From: Octopus vulgaris
Lineage: Eukaryota
Direction of reading: 5' to 3'
Assembly (NCBI GenBank): GCA_951406725.2
Contig: OX597828.1
Coordinates: 10,850,001-10,914,000 of the forward strand
DNA: 64,000 nt
Shown: positions 1 through 13,770 of the stretch, one piece after another
Layout: every line of letters starts with the position of its first letter
How positions within the stretch are numbered: the first letter of the stretch is position 1
Made by a program: the position numbers and the translations under genes
The notes under the pieces: model-generated
Told to the model about the DNA's origin: nothing
Databases searched by the model: none
What the model saw: only the letters and a program-made list of their open reading frames with translations

Positions 1-830
1 AGAGTAAAGCCGCTTGGAATAGATTGACATTGAACTCTGTTGTGAATGAGCACTATGTTTCAATGTTCTAGCTCACTATTCCTGTTTACAGCAGTGCCCA
101 GAAGGAACATGTGTAGCGTATGATCGTCGCATTTATTATGACAGGGAAATTTGAGTAGAGATTCTGCATCAAATTTTTCCAGAAGCTTGGTGAAACTTGC
201 TCAGAGGCCTAGGCAAAGTTTTCAAAAAGGTTTCACCGTTCGTGACACAATCAAGAAGATCTTGTGCAACTGAAACCCGGATGTTTTTTTTTCTTTTTGT
301 CAGATGAAAGTAGCTTGGGCACAAACTTAGCATACACGCGTCTCATACCCAAATCTTCAGTGACGATGGACGGAACTGAACCGTAACTCCATATCCTTTG
401 ATAGCTAACGGATGGGGATTCTATGATTTCCCCCAACATATGCACTCACATCTACGATAATTTTCTCAGTTGTACTCGCTGCGGGTTTTCCATAACGTTC
501 GTCAATATTGACATATTTTCGGCCATCTTGGAATCGTCTGAACCACTCGTACTTTTGTGTGCGGCTCATACAGTCATCTCCATACATTTTCTGCAAATTT
601 GTGTAGGCCTCTGACCGGGTATCTCCATGACAACTTCCTCTGTTATGGTCAATGAGACGATCACACGCTACACCCCTTCCTTCAAAGCACTGTTGTAAAC
701 AACGGAAGTAAGCTAAAACATTAAAACTTAATGCGCATGCACAGCCTTGTTCAAGATCAATCTCTGTCAAGCATCCTTTAGCCTTGTTATTATGGTAATA
801 GTCCGGTTGCTTATTGATCAGCCCTGGTAC
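1..830. mobile_element. Mariner-derived fold-back element: two inverted 5' halves of a decayed mariner, left end outside the window
   Basis: The minus strand from 830 starts TACCAGGGCTGATCAATAAG (TIR-like) and encodes transposase N-terminal pieces (YGDDCMSRTQKYEWFRRFQDGR; LGMRRVYAKFVPKLL). Plus 1-230 is homologous to minus 780-600 and encodes MTGKFE*RFCIKFFQKLGETCSEA. Confidence 0.8.
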
Positions 831-890
831 ATACTTATACAAATGTATATAGATTTTTCTACATGCATGTTTGTGTGTGTGTGTGTGTGT

Positions 891-927
<37 letters not shown>

Positions 928-1545
928 AGCACAGAGAGGTACAGATAATGTAGTAATTTTAGTACATATATATCCCGTAATATAAAATTACATAATTCAT
1001 TGTACTATATGTATTGACTTAGTACTCTGATTTTGCTCTTGGAAAAACTACCAACCATTAGATATGTGGTTATGTTTCATAGCAATGTATATGTTTAAAA
1101 GTTTTATAAGGTATATATTTACATCCAGATTAGCATAAAAATGGCGCTCAGGGATATCATTACAGGGGCATTGTCTTATATATGTATTGTATATTGTATG
1201 TGTGTGTGTTCATTCTGTGAATGGGCACACACACACATATAGGTACACATATATACACACACAGACGCACAAACGCACGATTACATATATATATATATAT
1301 GCATATATATATATATATATATACACATTTATATATGTATATATGTATATATGTATATATATATGTACTTATATATACATTTATATATAAATGTATATAT
1401 ATATATAAATATATATATATATTTATATATAATATACATTTATATTTATATATATTTATACATATACATACATATGTGAATATGTATATATATGCAGATA
1501 GTTAGATACAGACATACATTCAGACTTACTTACATGCAAACATAC

Positions 1546-1576
<31 letters not shown>

Positions 1577-1633
1577 CATACATACATACATACATACATA
1601 CATAAACACATACAGAGAAAAAAACATATATAC

Positions 1634-1664
<31 letters not shown>

Positions 1665-2215
1665 AGCATTCGAGCTGCGCGGGCTATACCAAGCTGGCTT
1701 AGTGCCTAAATTTAAGTACCTAATTCATCTGAATCTTAATTTTTGTGTATGTGTGTGTGTGTGTGTGTGTATGTATGTGTGTAATTGTGTTTCAGCTTGT
1801 GTATGTAGAGATGCATGTATAGATTTTTTACGTGATCATTTGGCCAGCAACATGCGTGTATTTGTTCATGACGACGTATTGCTCATAAATCAAGCAATTG
1901 TACAAACTTCTTCCGCGGAACTGATATTCATACATATACGAACATACATAATTGTTACTAACGAACACTTATATGCGAGTAGGGGTTAATGTGTACCGAG
2001 AGCCTAAGGGTGAGATAGTGAGAATGAGGTATATGTGTATGTATGTATGTATGTATGTATGTATGTATGTATGTATATATGTACGTATATATATATATAT
2101 ATATACACACACCCACAGCCACGTAGATGCACATATACATAGAGGAAGAGAATCGCAATGCATAAATACAAGTATATATATACAGAAATACATACACACA
2201 CATATACATGAATAC

Positions 2216-2249
<34 letters not shown>

Positions 2250-2392
2250 CTGTGTGTGTATGTGTATGTATGTAAATATATATATATATATATATATATT
2301 TCGCTTTGGATTTGATTTGCAAGATTCTTTATATTTTTACCGTTGAGTGTGTTACATTATAAGGCACAGAAAGAATATTGCTCTCCCCAGAC

Positions 2393-2432
<40 letters not shown>

Positions 2433-2453
2433 TTACATGTGTGAATTGATAGG

Positions 2454-2504
<51 letters not shown>

Positions 2505-2542
2505 GTAGATAGATATAGATATAGATATATATATATAGATAG

Positions 2543-2584
<42 letters not shown>

Positions 2585-3020
2585 GGATAAATATACACTC
2601 TCGCACACATATATCTACATACACACACACACATAAAATGTACGTAAAAGGGGTTTTATAGGCAATATATCCGCATAATTTGCAATTGCAGACGTTTCCA
2701 GAAATAGGTTTGTGCGTGCGGACATGTTTGCAATAATATATTTGCTCTGGTTGCCACTGTTAAACTTACACTCAACAGCAGAGCGTAATGAAATTTAACA
2801 GAACTTTCAGTCGTTCAGCTCCTTCTTAAATGCCCCTTCCCCATCACACTCACACACGAACACTTTTACCCAACTCGCCTTTTTGCATCACAAAATTCTG
2901 TTTATTTTCGATGTTTTTTTTTTCTCACCATTCTTATTTCTCTTCGTTCAATGATTCTTCCACCTAACTTTCTTCGTTTCGCAATTTTATTCCTTTCCCA
3001 TCATTTTTGTTCGTTTGTTT

Positions 3021-3072
<52 letters not shown>

Positions 3073-3154
3073 CATATACATATATATACATATATATATA
3101 CATATATATATATATACACATATATATATACATATACATATATATGCACATATG

Positions 3155-3208
<54 letters not shown>

Positions 3209-3215
3209 TATATAC

Positions 3216-3250
<35 letters not shown>

Positions 3251-4324
3251 CATGTGCATGTATGTATGTATATTCCTTTTTATTTAAACAGACTAGAAAA
3301 TGCTTGCTTTACACGTATACCTATATATCGTGTAGCAATAAGTGTGAAGACGTTGTTATGGAAACTATGTTGAGGCGGTATTATTCTTTGGAGAAGATGT
3401 AGAGAAGGAGAGATAAATTAAATTCGTCTAGAAGAAAAGTAAATACAAGATACCGAGAAAAAAATAATTTTTTAAATGTTACAGTCGGCGTCAAGTCCTG
3501 AATTTTAGTTACAAATGGCGGAATGTCTATGTGTACACACGGTTTTGTTGTATATAAGCAAACTACATACTTCTATTTCTTGCACATGGAAAAAGAGGTC
3601 AGGTGAGCTTCGCGTGTTTGTGAGTGACGTCTAGTAAATGTATGAAATGTCTGACCTATCAGTCCGTGCGGCCATCCGCCTCGGGGCCAACGTAAAAAGG
3701 ACATCCGGTCGTGTCGTAATGTAGCCGGCATCGTCACAGCTCGTCAGCTCTGCGAGTTATAGCGTTCATTACAGTAAGCAATGAAAATTTCAAGTAATGG
3801 CGAGTCAGAGAAATGGAGAAACACATGGGGGGGGGGGGGTCGGAGTCGGGGTATGAGCTTAGAGGAAAGGAATGAGAAAGTATGATAGTGAGGAAAAGGA
3901 GAATGACATACATATTGGCAGATTGATATAGACATAGTGAGAGAAAGTGGAAAGCGCGACAAGGTGAGGAAGCTATAAATAAGAATAGAGCAAAGGAAAA
4001 AAAACAGCAAAAAATGGAAAGCAAGCTGGAGGTGGAGGAGGAGGAGGAGGAGAGAATATATGGAAAACACAGTAAGAAAATGAAAAGAAAAAAAGGATCA
4101 ATTGGAACAGAAAACGGAAGAGCAGAAAACTGAAAGGGCGAGAAAGTAAGATAAACGTATTTATGTGCGTGTATGTACAGCGAGACAGAAAGATTCATAG
4201 AGAGATAGCTTGAGAGAGAAGATTACAGTTGGAACAAATGAACATACTTGTGTGTTGATGAATATTGCAAAGCATCTCTAAGTCTACAACTTTGAGTGTA
4301 TGAGTCAAAATTTTAGATGAGTAA

Positions 4325-4910
4325 GGCGGTCAGCTTGGAGAAACGGTAGCGTTTCTGGCGAAATGCTTAGCGGTATTTTCGTCTGCCGCTACGTTCTGAG
4401 TTCAAATTCCGCCGAGGTCTCAACATTGCCTTTCGTCCTTTCGGGGTCGATTAAATAAGTACCAGTTACGCACTGGGGTCGATGTAATCGACTTAATCCG
4501 TTTGTCCGTCCTTGTTCATCCTCTTTGTGTTTAGCCCCTTGTGGGTGATAAAGAAATATGTATTTCGTCTGCCGCTCCGTTCTGAGTTCAAATTCCGCCG
4601 AGGTCAACATTGCCTTTCATCCTTTCGGGGTCGATTCAATAAGCACCAGTTAGGCACTAGGGTCGATCTAATTGACTTAATCCGTTTGTCTATCCTTGTT
4701 TGTCCTCTCTGTATTTAGCCCCTTGTGGATGGTAAAGAAATAGGTATTTCGTCTGGCTATATGTTCTGAGTTCAAATTCCGCCGAGATCGACTTTGCCTT
4801 TCATCCTTTCGGGGTCGATAAGTTAAGTACCAGTTGCATACAGGAGTCGATCTAATCGACTGCCCCCATCCCCCAAAATTTCAGGCCTTGTGCTTATAAT
4901 AGAAAAGAAT
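4325..4910 (+). mobile_element. SINE family S1, multimer (head-body-tailA-body-tailA-body-tailB)
   Basis: GGCGG..AGCT head, B-box GAGTTCAAATTCC, body GTCGACTTTGCCTTTCATCCTTTCGGGGTCGAT present three times; more than ten homologues in the window. Confidence 0.85.
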
Positions 4911-5198
4911 ATGATAGTTAATTGGTGCCTTGCTATGTAAAACGGCATACATTTAAGCGGGATCAACAAACTAATAAATTATGTCTTTATTATATATATA
5001 TATATATATAATAATTCAGGGTATCTAAGAGATAACTTCACACTAGAAATAGCAGTCAAAACTTGACCCTAAAACAACATTAAATGTTCATACAGCACCA
5101 GGAGAGAAGAAAAAGAGACAAAATAAACTAGCAAAAAAATTACTGGATAATTTCATGCTAAGATCGGTATTTTAAATATAGATCTTATCTTTACAAAT

Positions 5199-5283
<85 letters not shown>

Positions 5284-5285
5284 TG

Positions 5286-5327
<42 letters not shown>

Positions 5328-5369
5328 CATGTATATATGTATGTATGTATGTATGTGTGTATGTATGTA

Positions 5370-5430
<61 letters not shown>

Positions 5431-5566
5431 CAAAAAACGAGAAAATTCTGTAATGTCGGCGGCGGTATTCGACTGCTTTGTCTGCTATAAAGCATATAGC
5501 TGTGCTAACCACTACACAAAAGCGATATCACCACTTTCGCTACAACCATTAGAAAGCAGAGTAACA

Positions 5567-5739
5567 GGCGAAGGCTTGGCTGTGTCGTAACAAGATTACT
5601 TCCCAACCATATGGTTCCGGGTTCAATCTTGCTGAGTGCCAACTTGGGCAAGAGTCTTCTATTATAGCTTCAGCCCGACCAAAACCTTGTGAATGGATTT
5701 GGAAGACGGAAACTGAAAGAATCCCGTCGTATGTATGCG

Positions 5740-5780
<41 letters not shown>

Positions 5781-6020
5781 GTGTGTATGTGTGTGTGAGA
5801 GTGTGTCTATGCTTCTTCGCCGTCACCGCTTGATAACCGGTATTGATGTGTTTATGTCCCCGTAATATAGCAGTTCGGTAAGAAATAAAAAAAAACACCG
5901 ACAGAATAATTATTGCGCTTAAAACAAAATTGCTCCTTGGGTCGATTTACCCGACTAAAACACTTCGGCGATGTGCTTCATCATGACCGCAGTCAACTGA
6001 CAGAGACAAGTTAAAGAACA
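5567..6020 (+). mobile_element. SINE family S2 (tRNA-like head, internal CA/TA microsatellite)
   Basis: TGGCTGTG head, GGTTCAATC B-box-like motif, TTGGGCAAG.GTCTTCTA, GGATTTGG.AGACGGAAACTGAAAGAA; homologous to the copies at 13103, 16850, 25718 and 27655. Confidence 0.8.
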
Positions 6021-6277
6021 AATCTATCTGTTTGCATAAAATTGAACCGTGAATGGGGATTCTAATTCAGCAGCACAGAAACCGATAATCGCAGACTAAT
6101 TCGCTTTAATTCGATAGGATTAAAGGTAAAAGGAAAAATTTTTAAACATTCCAGTTATTCTTGATTTGATGTCTGAGTATATATATGCGCGTTAGTGCGT
6201 TTGTACGTGTGTGAGCGTGTGTGTGAGCGTGTGTGAGTGTGTGTCATTGTGTTTGTGTGTGTATGTGCATGTGTGTC

Positions 6278-6568
6278 TGAGACAGATTGTCCATAACCAT
6301 ATAATTTAACACAATAAGTATTTGATTTATTTCTCAGTAAGTCTTTCATTTATTTCTTTTGCCGCATTTATCACTGACGAAGGGAGGGTTCTTATGAACT
6401 AACCCTGAAATCGGTCCAATATGGTAATAACGGAATTTTTTAGAAATTTCTGTCGACATTTTTCGAGTAGCGTACTTATTATGTTAAATTATATGGTTAT
6501 GGACAATGTGTCTCATTTAGGCATATTTGGCATTAGAAACTTTTTCGTTTGCCCTTATTTATAAGTTG
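6278..6568 (+). mobile_element. Hammerhead-bearing non-coding element (PLE/retrozyme-like), copy 1, with inverted 5' duplication
   Basis: Homologous to 22196-22716 and 51131-51382; 6278-6320 is the reverse complement of 6473-6515; ends in (TA)n. Confidence 0.75.
6368..6427 (+). ncRNA. Type I minimal hammerhead ribozyme motif
   Basis: TTATCA-CTGACGA-AGGG...CCCT-GAAA-TCGGTCCAA-TA-TGGTAA; stem I TTATCA/TGGTAA, stem II AGGG/CCCT; one stem III mismatch relative to copy 2. Confidence 0.7.
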
Positions 6569-6570
6569 TA

Positions 6571-6630
<60 letters not shown>

Positions 6631-6632
<2 letters not shown>

Positions 6633-6907
6633 AATGTTTTGCGTAATGAAATAAAAAAAACCCAAGGCTGTGTAGATATTAGAACATTTATAGACACAAC
6701 GTCTTACAGCTGTTTTCAGCATATTTATTAATTATATCCCCTCATCGGAGACGGTGTGAGAGGATGGTTAATTGATAGTTACTTTAGATGTGATACAAAA
6801 TAGAGAGCGAGATGGAGGAAAGAAAATAGATGCAAGATATGTAGGGATATTGAAGTTGCAGATCCATTTTTTTAGGTTGAATGGTATATATGTAGGATTC
6901 CATGTGT

Positions 6908-6910
<3 letters not shown>
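6631..6910 (-). mobile_element. PLE-like 3' fragment between two (TA)n runs, with a hammerhead-like motif at 6700-6753
   Basis: Minus strand CGTCT-CCGATGA-GGGGATAT...ATATGCT-GAAAA-CAGCTG-TA-AGACG; stem I CGTCT/AGACG, palindromic stem III CAGCTG. Confidence 0.6.
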
Positions 6911-6993
<83 letters not shown>

Positions 6994-7017
6994 AGGCATG
7001 TATGTATACATATATAT

Positions 7018-7247
7018 ATTTGTTTACTACCCACAACGGGCCAAACACAGAGGGGACAAACAAGGACAGACAAACGGATTAAGTAGTTTATATCGACCCC
7101 AGTGCGTAACTGGTACTTAATTTATCGACCCCGAAAGGATGAAAGGCGAAGTCGACTTCGGGGGAATTTGAACTCTCAACGCAACGGCAGACGAAATACA
7201 TCTACGCATTTCGCCCGGCGTGCTAACGTTTCTGCCAGCTCGCCGCC
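7018..7247 (-). mobile_element. SINE family S1 monomer with tail A
   Basis: GGCGGCGAGCTGGCAGAAACGTTAGCACGCC head, GAGTTCAAATTCC, tail ending GTGGGTAGTAAACAAAT into (TA)n. Confidence 0.85.
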
Positions 7248-7680
7248 TTTATTACTTATATTACTTATATACATATATAGATATATTTATGCGTATGTGT
7301 ATATAAACATACACACGCATGTGCTTACATTTTATGAGTGCAAGTCAAGAAACTCTCGGCCTGAATGTAACTTCACAGCTAATTAAAATGTGTGCATGCG
7401 TGCGTCTGTGCGACGCGATCGTATGTGTAAATGTGTGTGTGTTTATGTGTGCGTATGCTCATGTGTGAGTATGTACATTTCTGGCTATGTTTCAATCCTG
7501 TTATCACATTTATAGTATCCTTCTGCTATTTGCTAATACCGACATAACTATAAGTATTATATTCATATCATATCTTTACGGAAACCTGAGTGTAGATTTT
7601 AAGTTTAAGAGTAGAAGTGAATTAATAATGTTCCTTTCCTTCTCAAGAAGCATTACTAAACTAATTGAATGAGCATGTGC

Positions 7681-7752
<72 letters not shown>

Positions 7753-9527
7753 TGTGTATGTGTGTTATATCTTCTGTGTTGTTATATCTGCCAGAAAAAG
7801 CATGCACCATTTTAAATCTCTTTCCATGATCTTGGAATAAGGCGCTTTGGGAATGTAATATTCGGTCTTCAATGAGGATGGACGGTTGTAGATAGGACAA
7901 CATTGATACATTTGATCAATAATAGACGACCTAGAATTCCAACAAAGAAATTCTGAATGTTCTCGCCCGAGTTGTTAGAAATAGCAGCCGAAATCTATTT
8001 TTTAATTAACGACTTGCAATCATAGAAAAAGAAAGACAAATCGCATTAAATAAGGACAGGACACAATAGATAATATACACCTATTACTTCTGTCCCTCCC
8101 ACAACGAAAAGAATGATCAGGACAGGAATGTCATTGATTATAGATTTTCTCAATCAGGGATGACCTCAGGCTGAACAGCAACCGCAACAGAAGCAGCAGC
8201 AACATCAATTTTGAATCAGCACCAACAACATCAACAACGGTAACAGCAAGAATAGGAATTCGTCAACGGCATTCACTGCCAATTTGACACCGAAACCCGA
8301 CAGCACTAATGTCATTAAAGTGCCGCAGGTATGCCTAACTGCGGTGGATGTGAATGTGTATATTTGTGTTTATGCATACATGTTGGGGTGTGCCTGTGTG
8401 TTTGTATGAGTGTGTGTACCTGTGAGTATGTGTGTGTACGTGTGTGTAGGAAATCAACATGGAGAATCTAGGTTAGACTTGTCTGAGAAATTAACTAGGA
8501 TCATCAACCTGGTTCTTTCAGAAAGCAGTCTTCCTTTCCACACTGACTGATTAATATCTTCCATCACTACAAATGCTGTTGTTTATCTATAACCCCGGGT
8601 CTGTTCTAAACGAGCAGACCTATGCCCACATGCATTCAAACCCTGATCATTTCGTCATCTATTTTTCTAAGCTGGGAAACCACGACCACACCAGTCAACA
8701 GTATATTTTGAAGTCTGAGAGATTCGGTTGTTATTATTAGCATGTCATATGCTTACTTAAAATACCCTAAGTTAGCTCGCTGCCCCAATTGTAAGCGACA
8801 GCAGTACGATATGTAATGTTGTCACGAAGAAAGTTTTAAAAGTGTGAATAATTAAATTTTAATTAGTGCGAAATGGATATGCTGTCTATGAACCTTTGTT
8901 GGACATACAATGCTGGTATTGGTCAGAGTGTGTGTGTTTGGGGCGTGGATTTAATCTAAGACACAAACCAGTGACGTGGCTTGCAACAGAACGAATCCCC
9001 ACTAAAGGAACCTGTTAGTGTTAGATAACGTGATATATCTACCACAAAGACAAACATCTAGCATTACTCAAGTCTACGATATGGAAGTGGAAAAACATAA
9101 TCATTAGGCTTATAGAATACCATGTTGCATTTGTAACGGATTTCTGCCCTCTGAGTTCAAACCCAAATGCAAGATCAACTTAACTTTTTTACCATTAGGA
9201 TCGAGAAATCTGGTACCAGTCCAGCATAGAAGAGTCAATCTTCGCTGACTGACACACCCTTTGCATGTCTCTGTCGGTCTGTCCGTCTTACTCTTCCTCC
9301 CTCTTTGCGTGTGAGTTTTTCTCTCTCTCTCTCTCTCTCACACTATCTCTCGCAATCTCTCTCGGATTCTCTCTCTCACTATCTCTTTTACTCACTCTCT
9401 CTCGCTCTTTCTCTATTTGAATAGATATCTTTTTGTTTAAATTTACTGTCTCTCTTTACACTGTTGTCAAATCTTCCTTCTATATTTTACATCACTTTTG
9501 ATAGTAGAGATTACCCAAAACATCATA

Positions 9528-9925
9528 TATTTTTTTCTCTCTAGTTTCAGCTCAGAGATGTGACCATGCTGATGCACCGTCGTTTTGCTACACTGTCATT
9601 ACTAAGAGCCGCCTCTAATATGTGGCACTTGGTGAAGCATGGAGTTTGATATAGCTACCCTCATTTGCACCTCTTGAGGTGAGGTAGGTTCATCTTGGAC
9701 TCTCGACAGGAAGAGGTCCAGCTTTGATTTAAAAACCCCTACATCTACTTTGTGCAAGTTCCTCAGACACTTTGGGAGAATATTAAAAAGCTGTGGGCAC
9801 TTGAAACACGGGCTGTTGCAGTAACTGGTCCTGAGGCGTGATGGCATTGCTGGGACATTTGGCACTATGCAGTGTCGTCCCGTTCTAGCATTAGTGTAAC
9901 TTTCAAAATTTGGCACAATTTTACT
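9528..9925 (-). pseudogene. 5'-truncated CR1-group LINE 3' end (ORF2 C-terminus plus short 3' UTR)
   Basis: NSPCFKCPQLFNILPKCLRNL...FKSKLDLFLSRVQDEP matches the LFN.LP..LR...FK..LD.FL..VPDEP C-terminal pattern of CR1/L2-group ORF2. Confidence 0.75.
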
Positions 9926-10127
9926 CTGTACAAATACGTTTTTCACCACTAAATATTTATAATTGTATATAAATTCCTTAGTTACTATAATTTATTAGTT
10001 TCTTTTGCATATTCTTAGTTTAAGCATGTGTATGCAAATATAGTATTGGTATATCCCATTTATGTTCATTAGAAATTAAATAAATAAAGAATTTTGACAT
10101 GTACGAATATTTATTTACCCCCACTGT

Positions 10128-10183
<56 letters not shown>

Positions 10184-10608
10184 ACAAAATAATAAATAAA
10201 AGATATGCAGACATACATACATATATGTACTTACCTACATCTATATGTATATATACATGCACATATGGGTACAGGACACCAAAAAAAACGTCGAACACAA
10301 TGAGAAACGAAAACATAAACACAAAACCAAGGAAATGGACATTTTTCTTAAACAACGAAAAAATAGAGTACCAGACATACAACACAAGGAACATTCCCCT
10401 TCTTCAGCCGCCTCTGTTTCATCTACTCCGCGTATAATTAATAATATCAGGGTGATAAAAATTCTAATATTTTTAATAATTTTGTATATGTTTTTAATTT
10501 TCATTCCCTTCGAATTTTATCCCTAATAGTGGTTTGGATTTCACCTGTTCCTTCTAGCGTGCCAGGAATCCTATGAGTGATACCTCTTATGTGTTTAAAT
10601 GTACACTG

Positions 10609-10663
<55 letters not shown>

Positions 10664-11151
10664 GGGGAGGGTGGAAAGCATTCAGATGTTTACATTCGAA
10701 AATTCGAAAAAAGATGTTACTATTGCTAATACCATTTATGGCAAATATTTTTAATTGATAATAGTAACAGTAGTAACATATGCGGTTCACAGGTTTAATA
10801 GCATTATAAGCTATAGAATATATAATTACCACGAAACTTTAAAGATGCAGTTAGCACCAATCTATTCAGAAGTGAGAGCTAAGGTTTCAATTCAAGCGCC
10901 ATAACGCACCCAAATCATAGTAAATAACAGTATGTGAGGACTCGGAAAAAGAATTAAAAAGCATACTTATGTGCTAATACTTTTAATGAATCAAGTATTA
11001 TAACATTGGTGTGATACTGTATGCCTACTTTTGTGCCCCACTGTATACATATATATCTGTGTATGTCTGTGTGTGTGTGTGTGTAACTGTGTGTGTCTCT
11101 CTGTTCAGTCCCACTGCGTGATACCTTGGGCAAGTGTCATCTACTATAGCA

Positions 11152-11580
11152 TAATTTCCAGAACTAGACACACAACACAGAAAAATACACCGAATATAAT
11201 TTGCAAAACTTTATACATGTTCTCTTTCGGTTCAGCGTTCTGCGTCTAATTCTGGAAAATATATTTTGTTAACGAAAGACTACGTTGCAGATATTTACAT
11301 GCGTAAATATTAACAAGCGAAACCGTTGTTACGTAGGTGATCGTATTTTTTTTTTATTTCGTATATTTTCATATGTCTTGCTCATTTTTACATTCTGGCG
11401 TTTTGCTGAAATTTTTTTTGAGAACACACTCTTCGTTGTTAGCCGTTTTGACGTCTATATCTAGCATATTAGGAGTCCACTTTGGTGGTCATTCCCTTTA
11501 ATTTTGTATGTAATATTTTTTCATATGCTAAGCCACTGGTTTTAATTTATTAATATCAATTTCTACCCTCATTATTTAAT
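11152..11580 (+). mobile_element. PLE-like non-coding element with decayed hammerhead (homologue of 51520-51980)
   Basis: Aligns to the reverse complement of 51520-51980; keeps CTACG...GAAACCGTTGTTA-CGTAG but has lost CTGACGA. Confidence 0.6.
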
Positions 11581-12111
11581 TATATATATATCGTTGCTTT
11601 TATGTTAGACTTTCGAATGTCTAAAGACGCTTATTTTTGTCCATATTTAATTTTGCTCGCAGTAGCCTGTTCTTTTGGTCCAACTATCGCATCTCCATCT
11701 ACTTCAGATGCCAAGATGTAAGATAAAAATTGTACAATGGTTTACTATTTTTCAAAAATGTAGCATGTCCCACATACGACACTTGCAAAACTGTTTCTAA
11801 ATCAAAATATCATACGTGCATGCAGTTAGGATTATAAACACCAAAGAAAGTACAAGTGTTAAGCTGAAACTGCTGCTAAGGTGAAACGAAATGGAATGAA
11901 ATGGAAACAATTATTTCGTTTTCCCAAACTGCAACGTTTTGGAGTAACAACACTTTTGCATAATAACAACGATAAATATATATACATTTTTCCTGCCTCT
12001 TTGTTTACTTGTCCTGTTTTGCATTTTTTCTCGTTTACGTATTTAACTTGTTTGTTTACTATTTCATGTTGTTTGCATCGTTGATGACATCTTGTATCAA
12101 TATATGCATGT

Positions 12112-12139
<28 letters not shown>

Positions 12140-12158
<19 letters not shown>

Positions 12159-12959
12159 AACGGCAGTTTGTCTGTCTGTGTGTCTGTGTGTCTGTGTGTC
12201 TGTCAGGTTGTACCCTCACCCTGACCACGGCTTTCAACCGATTTTGATGAAACTTGACACACACATAGCCCAATGTCATAATTCAAAACTAACGCAGCGA
12301 AAATTTTGAAAAGTTCCCCCACTTCTGAAAAAAATCGATAAATTCGACATGGGTCGAGAATCTAAGCTTTTTATATGCAACACATTTTCTACAGACTGTC
12401 TAGGGGACGCAACTCGACCTTTTTAACTCTCGGAACATGTGGGGTAAGTATCCCAAAATGAATAAAAATGTACAAAAACGGCAAAAAAGCGGACAGTAAT
12501 GTGAGTGACAATAACGAAAAAGTCAAAAGTGACCAAACTGAACAAACGAATGGAAAATGATTTTTGATGCACACGACAAAAGCGGTTTATAATAAACCAA
12601 GAGTTTGCAAGTAGCGTCCGAGGACCCTTAGGGTACGTCAAAAATTTAAGCTAAAACGTTTGGAGTGGGAGTTATAAAGAAAGTGTAAACATAAAAAGTA
12701 TTCGAATAACTTGCGGCTGCAGCAGCCATTAGCAGAAGTGGGTAAAGTTGGGGGTAAAGTCTCGAATGTCATTTCTTCCTGGTAAGAATACGTTGGGTTG
12801 AATTATCGATAGCTGTTTGATAGTTATTTGGGAGTGAAGAGAAGACATTGCAACCTACACATGCGCCTTTGTTCCCTAGAGGGAAAAGACTAGATTGGGA
12901 TTAGTCGTTGCCTACCAGGGGCTCTTACATACCCGGGCAACGCTGGGCTATGCTGCTAG
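12140..12959 (+). mobile_element. Non-autonomous Helitron
   Basis: 5' TATATATAAA followed by (CTGT/GT)n and CAACCGATTTTGATGAAACTT; 3' hairpin CCCGGGCAACGCTGGG then CTAG|T at 12956-12960. The 5' end is blurred by the TA run. Confidence 0.8.
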
Positions 12960-12999
12960 TATATATATATATATATATACGGCGGGCTACTTGCAGTTT

Positions 13000-13465
<466 letters not shown>

Positions 13466-13545
13466 ATGAATATATATATGCACAGCCCTAAACACACATA
13501 CACTCACATGCATGTGTATACATGGGAAACCGTTACAATCTCATG

Positions 13546-13614
<69 letters not shown>

Positions 13615-13687
13615 GTGTGTGTGTGTGTGTGCATATACATATATATATACATATAAATATAATGCATATATATATACATATATATAC

Positions 13688-13770
<83 letters not shown>

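Noticed and set aside
4325-4910. CRISPR-like regular repeats
   Set aside because: Eukaryotic SINE multimer; no unique spacers and no cas genes.
8170-8340. Possible exon ending CAG|GTATGC
   Set aside because: Low-complexity sequence, no clear acceptor and no recognisable peptide.
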